Sequence record: OR836606.1
Length of the DNA: 64,000 bases
From: Staphylococcus phage LY01
Reading direction: 5' to 3' (one strand)
The notes under the pieces were generated by a model. That model did not search any database. It saw only the letters and a program-made list of their open reading frames with translations, and was not told the origin of the DNA. The position numbers and the translations under genes were made by a program. Position 1 is the first letter of the stretch. The number at the start of each line of letters is the position of its first letter. Below, piece by piece: positions 46,684 through 56,319 of the stretch.

Positions 46684-48606
46684 ATGTCTGAAGAAAATAA
46701 AAATGATATGTTGTTATTTGAAGATGATTTAAATGATGATGAAAATGAAGAATTAAAACGTGACATTCCTGAAGATGATGAGGAATTAGAAGAAATGTTT
46801 AATGGATTAATTAATGAAGAAGAAATTGATGATGAAGAATCTGATGATCTTGATGAAATTGAAGATGCTGAAGAAGAAGATGGTGTCGAGATAATTGATT
46901 CTGATCATCCTGACTATGATCAACCAATCATATTAGATAAAGATGAAACTATTACTACAGATGTAGCTAATTCAGATAATGAAATTGAAGAAGATTACTT
47001 ATTCGAAGATGAAAAAGAAGATGAAGATAAGAAACAACCAGGATATTCTGAATTGAGAGCTAAATTCTTAGATTCTCAAATGATAGTTCCTACTACTTTT
47101 GGTCCACATAACTCAGTTTCTGTAAATACTTCTAATTCAGGTGTGAGCGCATCTTCTGTTAGTGATGGTGGAATGTCAGCAGCTAACGGTTCAGCTACAG
47201 TATCTGGTGCTGTAACTGAGAGTGTTAGAGGTGGCGCTTATTTATATGAAAAAGATCTACCTCCAGAATACACTTATGTAGATTTAAGAAATGGAATTCT
47301 AGCTACTGACGCTAAAGTTGGTTACACTATCGGCACACCGGAAGTGGATGACGTTAATAAAGATGGTAAAATTGATATTATTGCTAATGAAAATTATGTA
47401 GATGATAAAAATAAAGCATTTCCATTCATTGCCATTGGAGAAGATTCTGATTTTGCTGTAGTCAAATCATTTAAAAACCATGCAGAGAAAATTCATGAAA
47501 CTCTATTAAACACATTTAAATTAGAGAATGAAAATAAAAAACAAATTTTTGTTACTAATGAATCAATTGAAAATGTTAGACGTATTTTAAGTGAAACTGG
47601 TAAAATTGAAAATGGAAAGGCTATTTGTGAAAATTGTGGAAGCAATTTAACAATGAATGAATCAAATGAATTAGTATGTGAAAATTGTAATGAAGAAATT
47701 GAAGAATCTTTAAAAAATTCTAAAGAAGTTGGAGAAGTAATTTGTAATGAATGTGGTGTTCAAGAAACAGTCGACCCTAACGTCAATGAAGATGAGTTAG
47801 TATGTGAAAATTGTGGTTCTACTGATGTTGAATTTAAAACTAAAGTTATTAATGAAGATGAAGTTAATGAATCTTATACAATTAAAGATTTGATTAGATA
47901 TACAAATGCTTTATCTGAATCTTTAGGTAAACGTGTTGATATTGTCATTAGTAAAGAATCTTATATGGAAGAAGTTCCTAAAGTTTATAATCCTTCTTCA
48001 TTATTAGTTAATAAAGTGGATTTTGGTGAAGGATTTAAAAAAGTAATTGTAGTTGAACCTAAAGTGAACAATATACTTAAAGAATTCTATACGGATAATG
48101 AAATAACTTTAGAAAATTTAGAAAAAGAATTTAATATGAATGCAATTCAACGTGTTAATAATGAATCTCAATCAGGTCTTTTAGAAAATTATCTTAATCC
48201 TTTAGATGAGGTCAATGAAGATGTTAAAGAAAAATTATCTAAGGAAATTAATTTAGAATTACTAGAAGAAAATATTAATTTCCAATTAAAAAATAAAGAT
48301 GATTCACTTTATGAAGGAATTGAGGAATCATTAGAAGAATACTATGAAGATATAGTGTTTGAAGCTTATGAAAATGTACCTAATGAAGATGAAACTCGTC
48401 TTAAAAAATTCTTAGAAGAAAATATTAATGATCTTAATGTAAGCAAAGTAATTCAAGTTAATGAATCTTCTATTTCTATTAATGGACATGATTCCGTATC
48501 TTTTGATGAATATACAGAAAAAGAATTAATGGAAAAACTTTCTGAAGAAAGTAGATTAGAAAGAGATTTATTAAATGAAAATATTTTTAAAATTATTAAT
48601 ATTTAA
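46684..48606 (+). CDS. hypothetical protein with highly acidic N-terminus and three CxxC..CxxC zinc ribbons
   Basis: D/E-rich first 130 aa. Ribbons ICENCGS..VCENCNEE, ICNECGV..VCENCGS. Confidence 0.45.
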   Translation: MSEENKNDMLLFEDDLNDDENEELKRDIPEDDEELEEMFNGLINEEEIDDEESDDLDEIEDAEEEDGVEIIDSDHPDYDQPIILDKDETITTDVANSDNEIEEDYLFEDEKEDEDKKQPGYSELRAKFLDSQMIVPTTFGPHNSVSVNTSNSGVSASSVSDGGMSAANGSATVSGAVTESVRGGAYLYEKDLPPEYTYVDLRNGILATDAKVGYTIGTPEVDDVNKDGKIDIIANENYVDDKNKAFPFIAIGEDSDFAVVKSFKNHAEKIHETLLNTFKLENENKKQIFVTNESIENVRRILSETGKIENGKAICENCGSNLTMNESNELVCENCNEEIEESLKNSKEVGEVICNECGVQETVDPNVNEDELVCENCGSTDVEFKTKVINEDEVNESYTIKDLIRYTNALSESLGKRVDIVISKESYMEEVPKVYNPSSLLVNKVDFGEGFKKVIVVEPKVNNILKEFYTDNEITLENLEKEFNMNAIQRVNNESQSGLLENYLNPLDEVNEDVKEKLSKEINLELLEENINFQLKNKDDSLYEGIEESLEEYYEDIVFEAYENVPNEDETRLKKFLEENINDLNVSKVIQVNESSISINGHDSVSFDEYTEKELMEKLSEESRLERDLLNENIFKIINI

Positions 48607-48776
48607 AATTTATAACATTATTATATAATAATTATTTTTGCTATTAAATAAATTCCCTAATACATTACTAAACGATGAGCCAATTAAAAAAATAAGAGAC
48701 TGTCATCGATTTACAAGTGTATTAGGGGAATTTTATCGCATTTATTTTAACATCAAATAGAAAGTAGGAGAAAATC

Positions 48777-49862
48777 ATGGCAGAAAACAATGAAATTTTA
48801 ATAACTGTTCCTCATAAAACATATATACCTAATAAAGGAATGGGACCAATAAATAAACCTTTTTATGTTGACAAAGATATTTTAAAATTATATGACTTAA
48901 TGAATATACAATATAAGAGAATAACCGATTATGATTATACAGATATAAATGAAGATGGAAAATATGAAGTTAAAGAAATCAAATCAGTGGAAGATTATAT
49001 TGAACAGAAGTATTTACAAGTTAATGAAATATTTAAACAAATAAAAATTATGTCTAATGATAGTGAAAATATTAATAGAGAAATAGAAGATAAATTTGAA
49101 AAAGTTAAAAAGAACTTAATTAACGCTGACAGTCTTGATGCATATTTGAGCGATCTTGATAAATTTAAATATGATATAGAAGATAAAAAACTAGATCTCC
49201 AAACTGAAAAAGAAAATGTAATTTCAACAATAGAAGATATGAATAATAAATTGGATAGTGTGAAAGAAACTTTATCTGATTTTGAAAATGTAAGAGAACA
49301 ATTCAATAGTAATTATAACAACACAATGAGTCTTAATGATGAAATGCAGAACTTAAGTGAAACTGCAAACTATATTAAGAGCATGGTAAATGATGTAGCT
49401 AATGTAGAAAAAAAATTAAATCTTATAAAAGATAAAACTGCAGAATTAGAATTATCACAGGAATCATTTAACAATAGTATAAGTGATTTTGAAAATAAAT
49501 TATTAGATTATAAAGAGAATCTTAAAAATTATATGATAGAAAATGCTGAAATGTATAAAGGTGAACCAGGCAAACAAGGACCAAAAGGAGAACCTTTCAA
49601 ATATTCTGATTTCACTCCAGAACAATTAAAGGAATTAAAAGGAGAACCTTTCAAATATTCTGATTTCACATCAGAACAATTAGAAGAATTAAAAGGAGAA
49701 TCTTTTGAATATTCTGATTTTACTCAAGATCAATTAGAGCTATTAAAAGGTGAAAAAGGTGATAAAGGAGATTCAGTTCCTCCTAAAGTATTTACCAAAG
49801 AAGAATATGAAAATTTACCAAATAAAGATCCAAATACTCTATACTTTATAAGTGAGGGATAA
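48777..49862 (+). CDS. tail-fibre-like protein with coiled-coil region, short collagen-like segment and three tandem ~20-aa repeats
   Basis: GEPGKQGPKGE followed by PFKYSDFTPEQLKELKGE x3 (nt 49585-49765). Confidence 0.45.
   Translation: MAENNEILITVPHKTYIPNKGMGPINKPFYVDKDILKLYDLMNIQYKRITDYDYTDINEDGKYEVKEIKSVEDYIEQKYLQVNEIFKQIKIMSNDSENINREIEDKFEKVKKNLINADSLDAYLSDLDKFKYDIEDKKLDLQTEKENVISTIEDMNNKLDSVKETLSDFENVREQFNSNYNNTMSLNDEMQNLSETANYIKSMVNDVANVEKKLNLIKDKTAELELSQESFNNSISDFENKLLDYKENLKNYMIENAEMYKGEPGKQGPKGEPFKYSDFTPEQLKELKGEPFKYSDFTSEQLEELKGESFEYSDFTQDQLELLKGEKGDKGDSVPPKVFTKEEYENLPNKDPNTLYFISEG
49585..49765 (+). repeat. 3 x 60-nt tandem repeat within the tail-fibre-like gene
   Basis: AAAGGAGAACCTTTCAAATATTCTGATTTCAC..GAATTAAAAGGAGAA repeated. 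Confidence 0.6.
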
Positions 49863-49867
49863 TTAAT

Positions 49868-50578
49868 ATGATTAATATAGGAAAACAAACAATCCCTTTT
49901 TTGTATAAAGGAAATAATCTTTTATACCCAAGTATAACAAAAGAAAATTTAGTATTGTATTTGGATTTTAAACAATTAACCGGTAAAAGAATTAATAATC
50001 GTCAAATGAAAGATTTGACTTTAAATAATAATATAACATTCAATAATTTCCCAATTTATCCAAATAATTTAATAATGGATTCTATCAAGCTTGACGGAAT
50101 TGATGATTATATCCTTAGTGATGCTAAAGTTGGCGGAAAATCTTTCACCTTACTTCAAAGTCTAGAGATTGTTAGTGATAAAGAACAACAGTTTTTCCAC
50201 TGTTTTAACAATCCTTCTTTTTATATGAGAAAATATCGAAATTTATTACAGTGCTCAGTTAATTATGGGACGCAGACATTAATAACTGCAAATGATATTT
50301 TTCTAGAATTTCCTAAAAAAATTTTTATAGGTTACTCATTCGATTATGAAAAGAAAGAAATAAAACTAATAATTAATGGAAATATTGTTGATAGTAGAAT
50401 TATCACTATCACGTCAAATGTTGATTTAACATTAACTAACATAGGACAGTATTACACTCCTAGTAAAACATATAATTTTGATGGTAATCTTTGTTCTATT
50501 TCATTGTATGATAGAGCTTTAACTAATGAAGAAATAATGAAAAATTATTTAGTGGATAAAGAAAGATGGGGTGTTTAA
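49868..50578 (+). CDS. hypothetical protein, concanavalin/LamG-like fold suspected; paralog of the 50579..51406 gene
   Basis: Shared N-terminal K(Q/S)I(P/A)F(L/V)YKGN(N/D)L(L/I)YP and (L/F)DGIDD motif. Confidence 0.4.
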   Translation: MINIGKQTIPFLYKGNNLLYPSITKENLVLYLDFKQLTGKRINNRQMKDLTLNNNITFNNFPIYPNNLIMDSIKLDGIDDYILSDAKVGGKSFTLLQSLEIVSDKEQQFFHCFNNPSFYMRKYRNLLQCSVNYGTQTLITANDIFLEFPKKIFIGYSFDYEKKEIKLIINGNIVDSRIITITSNVDLTLTNIGQYYTPSKTYNFDGNLCSISLYDRALTNEEIMKNYLVDKERWGV

Positions 50579-51406
50579 GTGAGTATAATAAGAATGGGTG
50601 ACAAATCTATTGCCTTTGTATATAAAGGTAATGATTTAATTTATCCAAATCCTATTGAAGATGGTTTAATATTATGGTATGATTTTGCGGGAATGAAAAA
50701 TGATAGTGTTAATAAAAATATTACAAAAGATTTAACTAAAAACACAAATGAAAGTGCTAAACACTTTAATTTTTTATACAATTCTCAAAGCGGTTATAAT
50801 AAGGGAATAAAGTTTGATGGCATTGATGATGAAATTATTCCAATGATAAAATATAAAGACGATATAACACGACAGCTAGATATGAAAAAAATAAATAATG
50901 GTCAAATCTTTTCAATTGAAATGACATTAAAAATGTCAGATAAGATTATAGACAAAGGATCAGAAATATTTATGACTGACAAAACATATGGTAGGTTCTG
51001 GTTACAATTTTTGAAAGATAATAACTATACAGAGACTGATGAGTTTGTTATATCTGCTTCAACATATTATGGAAATGAGGGTGGAAGAAATACTTCTGCC
51101 TTTAGCATAAAAGAATCATATAAATACGGAGATGAATTTCATTTAATTACTACATTAGATAAAAATGATAAAATCGTATTATATGTAAATGGAATAAAAA
51201 AAGATGAAAAAACTTTAGGTGACATTGCAATTACGACACCTCAGGAGGAAGAACTTTTAGTTTATATAGGTCAAGGAGATTCAAGTACGTATTATCGTAG
51301 ATTTGATCATGAAATATACTCAATGAAAATATATGACAAGGTTCTTACTGAAGAAGAAGTTAAACATAATTATGAATTGGAAAAAGTAAGATGGGAGTTA
51401 GAATAA
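50579..51406 (+). CDS. hypothetical protein, paralog of the 49868..50578 gene (GTG start, directly abutting)
   Basis: See above. Confidence 0.4.
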   Translation: MSIIRMGDKSIAFVYKGNDLIYPNPIEDGLILWYDFAGMKNDSVNKNITKDLTKNTNESAKHFNFLYNSQSGYNKGIKFDGIDDEIIPMIKYKDDITRQLDMKKINNGQIFSIEMTLKMSDKIIDKGSEIFMTDKTYGRFWLQFLKDNNYTETDEFVISASTYYGNEGGRNTSAFSIKESYKYGDEFHLITTLDKNDKIVLYVNGIKKDEKTLGDIAITTPQEEELLVYIGQGDSSTYYRRFDHEIYSMKIYDKVLTEEEVKHNYELEKVRWELE

Positions 51407-51520
51407 TAATCTAAATAATGAACTATCTTTTTTGATTATTATGACTTACTCAAGAAAAATAGATATATGATAGATTGTTGCTATTAAATATTATAGATTA
51501 GAAAAAGAAAGAAGTGATAT

Positions 51521-51745
51521 TTGATGAAATTTGTTATTGCAAATATAGAATTATTTGAGAGAATGGGATACAATACTAAATATTGGAGAAAATCAATAGA
51601 TGGTAATAAAACTATTTGTCATTTAGAATATGCTGAGATTTTAGATAACGGAATTCAAGAAGAACCAGATACTTTAGTTGTTGATGCAGCTGAAGCTCAA
51701 GATATTATGAATTCTGAAGAATGGACTAGTAAAGAAGAAGAATAA
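51521..51745 (+). CDS. small acidic hypothetical protein
   Basis: 74-aa ORF. Confidence 0.3.
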   Translation: MMKFVIANIELFERMGYNTKYWRKSIDGNKTICHLEYAEILDNGIQEEPDTLVVDAAEAQDIMNSEEWTSKEEE

Positions 51746-51787
51746 AAACAAGTAAATATAATAAAAATAATTGGAGGAATTTTAATA

Positions 51788-52738
51788 ATGGCTAAAAAAT
51801 ATATCGGTACATGGAATGGTGTTCCAGTATATACTGATTTTTTACCTATTGGTACACGTAGAACTGGAGACAAAATCAACAGCCCTAAATTTATTGTTGC
51901 TCATGACACAGGAAATCCTAACTCTACAGCTCAAAATAATGTCGATTACTATCGTAATTCATACAATATTAATTGGAATTATACGGCTTCAGCACATATT
52001 TTTGTTGATGATAAGGAATGTATTATCTGTGTTCCTTTAGATGAAAAAGCATGGCACGTTATGTATAATACGCCAACTGATAATATTTGGTATGGAGTAG
52101 ATGCAAACGATGCAGCTATCGGTGTAGAAGGTTGTTATTTCTCTAATAGAAACCGTTCATTAAAATCATTTGATAATTATTGTCGTATTCTTGCTTTCTT
52201 ATGTAAAGAATATAAAATTAATGCTAGTACTAATATGCCAGGACATCAAAATATTCAAGCTGATAAACAAGATCCAGGCAATTTGTTAGCTGCTTGCGGC
52301 ATGTCTCGTAATATTTCTAACGTAGATAAAAAAGTTCTAGCTTATATGAAATCTGGAGTAACTTCTACTGCTAAAAAAGAAACTGCTACAAAAGCACCCG
52401 TAAAAGAAAAAGCACCTGCAAAACCTAAGAAAACTAGTACAGTAACTTCTAAAACATGGAAACGTAATTCTGACGGTATTTTATGGAAAACTGAAAGAGC
52501 TATTTTTAAATGTGGTGTCTCAGTAGGAATTGTCACTCGTAAAAATGGTCCATGGACTGGATGGCCGCAAGGTCCTCTTATGAGTAAAGGAGATACTATT
52601 AAATATGATGAAATCCAAGATTTTAATGGTTATATTTGGGTCTCAGGTAAATTTAAAGGTCAATATGTATATGTACCAGTAGGTAAATCAAATGGTAACG
52701 GTAAACGTATTGGACCAGCATGGGGAACATTTAGCTAA
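51788..52738 (+). CDS. N-acetylmuramoyl-L-alanine amidase (Amidase_2/PGRP) with C-terminal SH3b (SH3_5) cell-wall-binding domain; lysin
   Basis: Amidase_2 hallmarks FIVAHDTGNPNSTAQNNVDYY ... ASAHIFVDD ... NMPGHQNIQADKQDPGN. The C-terminal WKRNSDGILWKTERAIFKCG..GPWTGWPQGP..GYIWVSGKFKGQYVYVPVG is a staphylococcal-type SH3b. Confidence 0.8.
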   Translation: MAKKYIGTWNGVPVYTDFLPIGTRRTGDKINSPKFIVAHDTGNPNSTAQNNVDYYRNSYNINWNYTASAHIFVDDKECIICVPLDEKAWHVMYNTPTDNIWYGVDANDAAIGVEGCYFSNRNRSLKSFDNYCRILAFLCKEYKINASTNMPGHQNIQADKQDPGNLLAACGMSRNISNVDKKVLAYMKSGVTSTAKKETATKAPVKEKAPAKPKKTSTVTSKTWKRNSDGILWKTERAIFKCGVSVGIVTRKNGPWTGWPQGPLMSKGDTIKYDEIQDFNGYIWVSGKFKGQYVYVPVGKSNGNGKRIGPAWGTFS

Positions 52739-52773
52739 TAAATGATTCTATAATGTAAATTACAATTTAATAT

Positions 52774-52808
52774 TACCCTAACGATCATATTAAAGATTCG
52801 TTAGGGTA
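52774..52808 (+). terminator. terminator TACCCTAACG-ATCATATTAAAGATT-CGTTAGGGTA + T-run
   Basis: CCCTAAC-family stem plus TTTTATTTTTAT. Confidence 0.5.
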
Positions 52809-52906
52809 TTTTATTTTTATATTATTGTGAAACATATTATTTTTATAAAAGAACAACTAAATATAAAGGAATAAAGAAAAATTTATCGAAAGGGTTTGAA
52901 TAAAAT

Positions 52907-53689
52907 ATGAAAACTAAAGCTCAAGCTTTAAATTGGGTTAATGATCGTATTGGTCGTAGACTTGACATGGATGGAGCTTATGGAGCTCAATGTATGGATT
53001 TGACTATTGGTTATTGTAATTATTTAACTGATGGAAAATTCTGGCCATGGGGTAATGCTAAAGATCTTAAAAATAATACACTACCCGAAGGATGGAAACT
53101 TATTAAAAATACTCCATCGTTCTTGCCTCAACCAGGGGATATCGCTATTTGGGCTTATTCTCCATACGATGTTTATGGACATACAGGTATTATTACTTCA
53201 GCTAACTTAAATAATTTCTATTCAGTTGACCAGAACTGGTTTAACGCAGGTAGCAATGGTTCACCTGCAGCTAAAGTATTCCATGATTATACAGGATTTT
53301 GGGGAGTAATTCGTCCAGCTTACGGTATTGATACTAACAAGAAAGCGACACATAAGAAAAAAGCAGTTAAGAAAGTAGCTCCTAAGAAAGCAGTTACATC
53401 TAATAAATGGAGACGTAATTCTGCAGGCATTCTATGGAAAACTGAAAGAGCTACTTTTAAATGTAATGTTTCTTCAGGAATTATTACTCGTAAGAATGGT
53501 CCATGGACTGGATGGTCTACAGGTCCATTCATGAAAAAAGGAGATTCTATTGAATACGAAGAAATCCAAGATTTTGATGGTCTTATCTGGGTTTCAGGTG
53601 AATTTAAAGGACAATACGTTTATATTCCAATTGGTAACTCAAATGGTAAAGGACAACGTATTGGTAAAGCATGGGGAACATTTAGCTAA
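52907..53689 (+). CDS. CHAP-domain peptidoglycan hydrolase with C-terminal SH3b domain; lysin
   Basis: The CHAP catalytic Cys context YGAQCMDL and the His context YGHTGII resemble the LysK CHAP domain. The C-terminal SH3b is ~60% identical to that of the preceding amidase. Confidence 0.8.
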   Translation: MKTKAQALNWVNDRIGRRLDMDGAYGAQCMDLTIGYCNYLTDGKFWPWGNAKDLKNNTLPEGWKLIKNTPSFLPQPGDIAIWAYSPYDVYGHTGIITSANLNNFYSVDQNWFNAGSNGSPAAKVFHDYTGFWGVIRPAYGIDTNKKATHKKKAVKKVAPKKAVTSNKWRRNSAGILWKTERATFKCNVSSGIITRKNGPWTGWSTGPFMKKGDSIEYEEIQDFDGLIWVSGEFKGQYVYIPIGNSNGKGQRIGKAWGTFS

Positions 53690-53762
53690 AGAAGGATTTT
53701 TATAAGATCCTTCTTTAACTTTTATTTATAAAATAAAATATGATAAAGGAGATCACGTATTT

Positions 53763-54314
53763 ATGTTAAATTTCAACGAAGATAATAATTTCATTATTAT
53801 TAATGAAAAAGCATTTGTGCCTGGTAAAGGTAAAGGTCCTTTTGTTAAACCTTTCCGAGCTTCAGGTTCACAAATCCGTTTATTTAAACGTTTAGGTTTA
53901 CAAGTAACAATTGTCGATGAAGACTATGTATACCCAAGCGATAAATCAGATAAAAAAGAAGATAAAAATGAAACTGTTTCCGAATCAAGTGACACACAAC
54001 CTCAAGAAGAAAGCAACAATGAAGAGAAGAAATTGGATGAAGAAACAGAAAGTAAAGAAACAGAAAGTAAAGAAACAGAAAGTAAAGAAACGGAAAGTAA
54101 AGAAACGGAAAGTAAAGAACCAGAAAGTAAAGAAACGGAAGAATTAAAAGAAGAAGACAAAGAAGCAAAAGTTTATGGAGAAATCAAAGTTACAGAAGAA
54201 GAACTAAATGAATTCACTGTAGCTGAACTTAAAGAAGAATTAGATTCTAAAGGAATCGATTATGTTAAAAATGCTCGCAAACAAGATTTAATTAACTTAT
54301 TATTAAAAAAATAA
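53763..54314 (+). CDS. hypothetical protein with (ETESK)x6 tandem repeat and C-terminal SAP/HeH-like DNA-binding motif
   Basis: ELNEFTVAELKEELDSKGIDYVKNARKQDLINLLLKK is SAP-like. The N-terminal FVPGKGKGPFVKPF motif is shared with the 48777 and 54338 genes. Confidence 0.45.
   Translation: MLNFNEDNNFIIINEKAFVPGKGKGPFVKPFRASGSQIRLFKRLGLQVTIVDEDYVYPSDKSDKKEDKNETVSESSDTQPQEESNNEEKKLDEETESKETESKETESKETESKETESKEPESKETEELKEEDKEAKVYGEIKVTEEELNEFTVAELKEELDSKGIDYVKNARKQDLINLLLKK
54042..54137 (+). repeat. 6 x 15-nt tandem repeat GAAACAGAAAGTAAA (encodes ETESK)
   Basis: Directly visible. Confidence 0.7.
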
Positions 54315-54337
54315 AGAAAGGAAAGTGAATTCTAAAA

Positions 54338-56266
54338 ATGGCCACTACTAACTACTTTAAAGTAAAATTATTAGATGAAAAATTAATTCCATTTTTAGGA
54401 TTAGGTGAACGTGGACCTCGTGAAAACGTTATTCTTTCTAGTAATGATTTAGCTAGCTTAAAACAAGCTGGCTGGACTGTTACTGATATTCAACCTCTTC
54501 CTGAAACTGGTAAAATTAAATATGATAGAAGAACAGTTTATTTCAAATCTGAAGGAGAAAGTAATAAATTTATTAATGTGCCTTTCTATATTAATCCTGT
54601 AGACGCTCGTGACGTATTAGGTTTATTAAAATTTGATTTAATTAAACTTTCAGATAAATCTGTAGTTAATACTTATACTGCTAAAGATATTAAGTCTGAA
54701 GTTTTAAGTTTACCTACTTCTGATTTAGAAATTAATGAAGAATATGAACTTAAATTGTATTTCCCTAAAGATACTGCAGAAAAGTATGATATTGCTATTT
54801 CTGAAGGTCATGAAAATATTTTTGAACGTGTTAAAGATTCAATCTTTATTAAAGTTAAGGAATATGGCAAATTTACAGGACGTCTTGTTCAATTACAACA
54901 AGATATTAATGTTTTTAAAGAATCTGTTTTACCTTTAGATAAAATTTTAGGTTATAAAGACTTTGATTCTAAGGAAGTTACTCCTGTAGCTAAAGAAAAC
55001 TTATTACAATTATTGTCTGTAAATATTAGTGATGAAAGTTATGCTAAATATCAGTCAGATAAAAAACGCTTATTATTCTTTAGTAAAACTGGTGAAATCT
55101 TAGTTAAAGTACATGAAAGAAGCATTCAAGATAATATTGTTAATTTCAATATTCGTATTTTAAATGAAGAAACAGTACAAAACGAAATTGATAAAAAAAT
55201 TGATTATTCCATTTATAATCCTAAAAATGGAGAATTTGAAAGTATTAATCAAACTAAAAGTTTAACCGTTACTCCAGAAACAGTTAATATTGAAGCTGAA
55301 GAAACTCAGAAATTAGAAGTTACTACTGAACCTGAAGGAAGAAAAGTAAGCTTTGAATTAAAAGACGGTTCTGAATTTGCTTCATTAGATGATGAAGGAA
55401 ATATTACTGGTATCTCTGAAGGAACTGCAAATGTGACGGTTAAATCAGACAATATTTCTAAAAATGTGGAGGTTAATGTAAGCCGTTTAAAGACTAAGAG
55501 TCTAACTGTTAATCCAGAAGAAGTTAACATCGATGCAGAATCAACTCAACAGTTAGACGTTAAAATTCAACCATCCACAAACCCTGTAAGTTATTCCATT
55601 ACTGAAGGATCTGAATTTGCTTCAGTTAATGATAGCGGTCTTGTGACTGCACAAGCTGAAGGAACTGCTAAAGTCAAAGTAAGTTCTGACGATATTAGTA
55701 AGACAGTCATTGTTAATGTAACTAGAGTGAAGACTAAAAATCTAACTGTTACCCCAGAAGAAGTTAACATCGATGCAGAATCAACTCAACAGTTAAATGT
55801 AACTACAGATCCTGAAGGGAATCCTGTAAACTATTCTATCGTTGAAGGCTCTGAATATGCTTCCGTTAATAGTAATGGTCTTGTAACCGCTAAAGAAGTA
55901 GGAACTGCTAAAGTTAATGTAAGTTCTGATAGCGTAAATAAAGAGATTACTATTAATGTAACTAAAGTAGAGACTAAAAATCTAACTGTTACTCCTGATA
56001 GTATTGATATGAAAGATAATGAAACTCAACAATTAAATGTAACTACTGAACCTGAAGGAAATCCCGTAAGTTATTCTGTCACTGAAGGTTCTGAATATGC
56101 TTCCGTTAACGAAAGTGGTCTTGTAACTGCTAATGCGGTAGGAACTGCTAAAGTTAGAGTTACTTCTGATAGCGTAACTAAAGATATTAACGTTAATGTA
56201 ACTACATCACAAGTAGAAGAAACTCCATTAGAAGAAACTCCAGAAGAAGAAGAAGCTACAGAATAA
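54338..56266 (+). CDS. structural/adhesin-like protein with four tandem bacterial Ig-like (Big_2-type) domains
   Basis: Four ~80-aa repeats of the pattern TKxLTVxPE(T/E)VNI(E/D)AE(E/S)TQ(K/Q)L(E/D)V..P..V.(Y/F)..(T/V)EGSE(F/Y)ASV(N/D)..G.VT....GTAKV.V.SD. Confidence 0.55.
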   Translation: MATTNYFKVKLLDEKLIPFLGLGERGPRENVILSSNDLASLKQAGWTVTDIQPLPETGKIKYDRRTVYFKSEGESNKFINVPFYINPVDARDVLGLLKFDLIKLSDKSVVNTYTAKDIKSEVLSLPTSDLEINEEYELKLYFPKDTAEKYDIAISEGHENIFERVKDSIFIKVKEYGKFTGRLVQLQQDINVFKESVLPLDKILGYKDFDSKEVTPVAKENLLQLLSVNISDESYAKYQSDKKRLLFFSKTGEILVKVHERSIQDNIVNFNIRILNEETVQNEIDKKIDYSIYNPKNGEFESINQTKSLTVTPETVNIEAEETQKLEVTTEPEGRKVSFELKDGSEFASLDDEGNITGISEGTANVTVKSDNISKNVEVNVSRLKTKSLTVNPEEVNIDAESTQQLDVKIQPSTNPVSYSITEGSEFASVNDSGLVTAQAEGTAKVKVSSDDISKTVIVNVTRVKTKNLTVTPEEVNIDAESTQQLNVTTDPEGNPVNYSIVEGSEYASVNSNGLVTAKEVGTAKVNVSSDSVNKEITINVTKVETKNLTVTPDSIDMKDNETQQLNVTTEPEGNPVSYSVTEGSEYASVNESGLVTANAVGTAKVRVTSDSVTKDINVNVTTSQVEETPLEETPEEEEATE

Positions 56267-56282
56267 AAAAAAGATATAAATT

Positions 56283-56312
56283 CCCCTAACCTTAAATTAA
56301 TAAGGTTAGGGG
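56283..56312. terminator. bidirectional terminator CCCCTAACC-TTAAATTAATA-AGGTTAGGGG (family copy 3; 40 nt identical to 24922-24960)
   Basis: Between convergent genes. Confidence 0.6.
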
Positions 56313-56319
56313 ATATATT

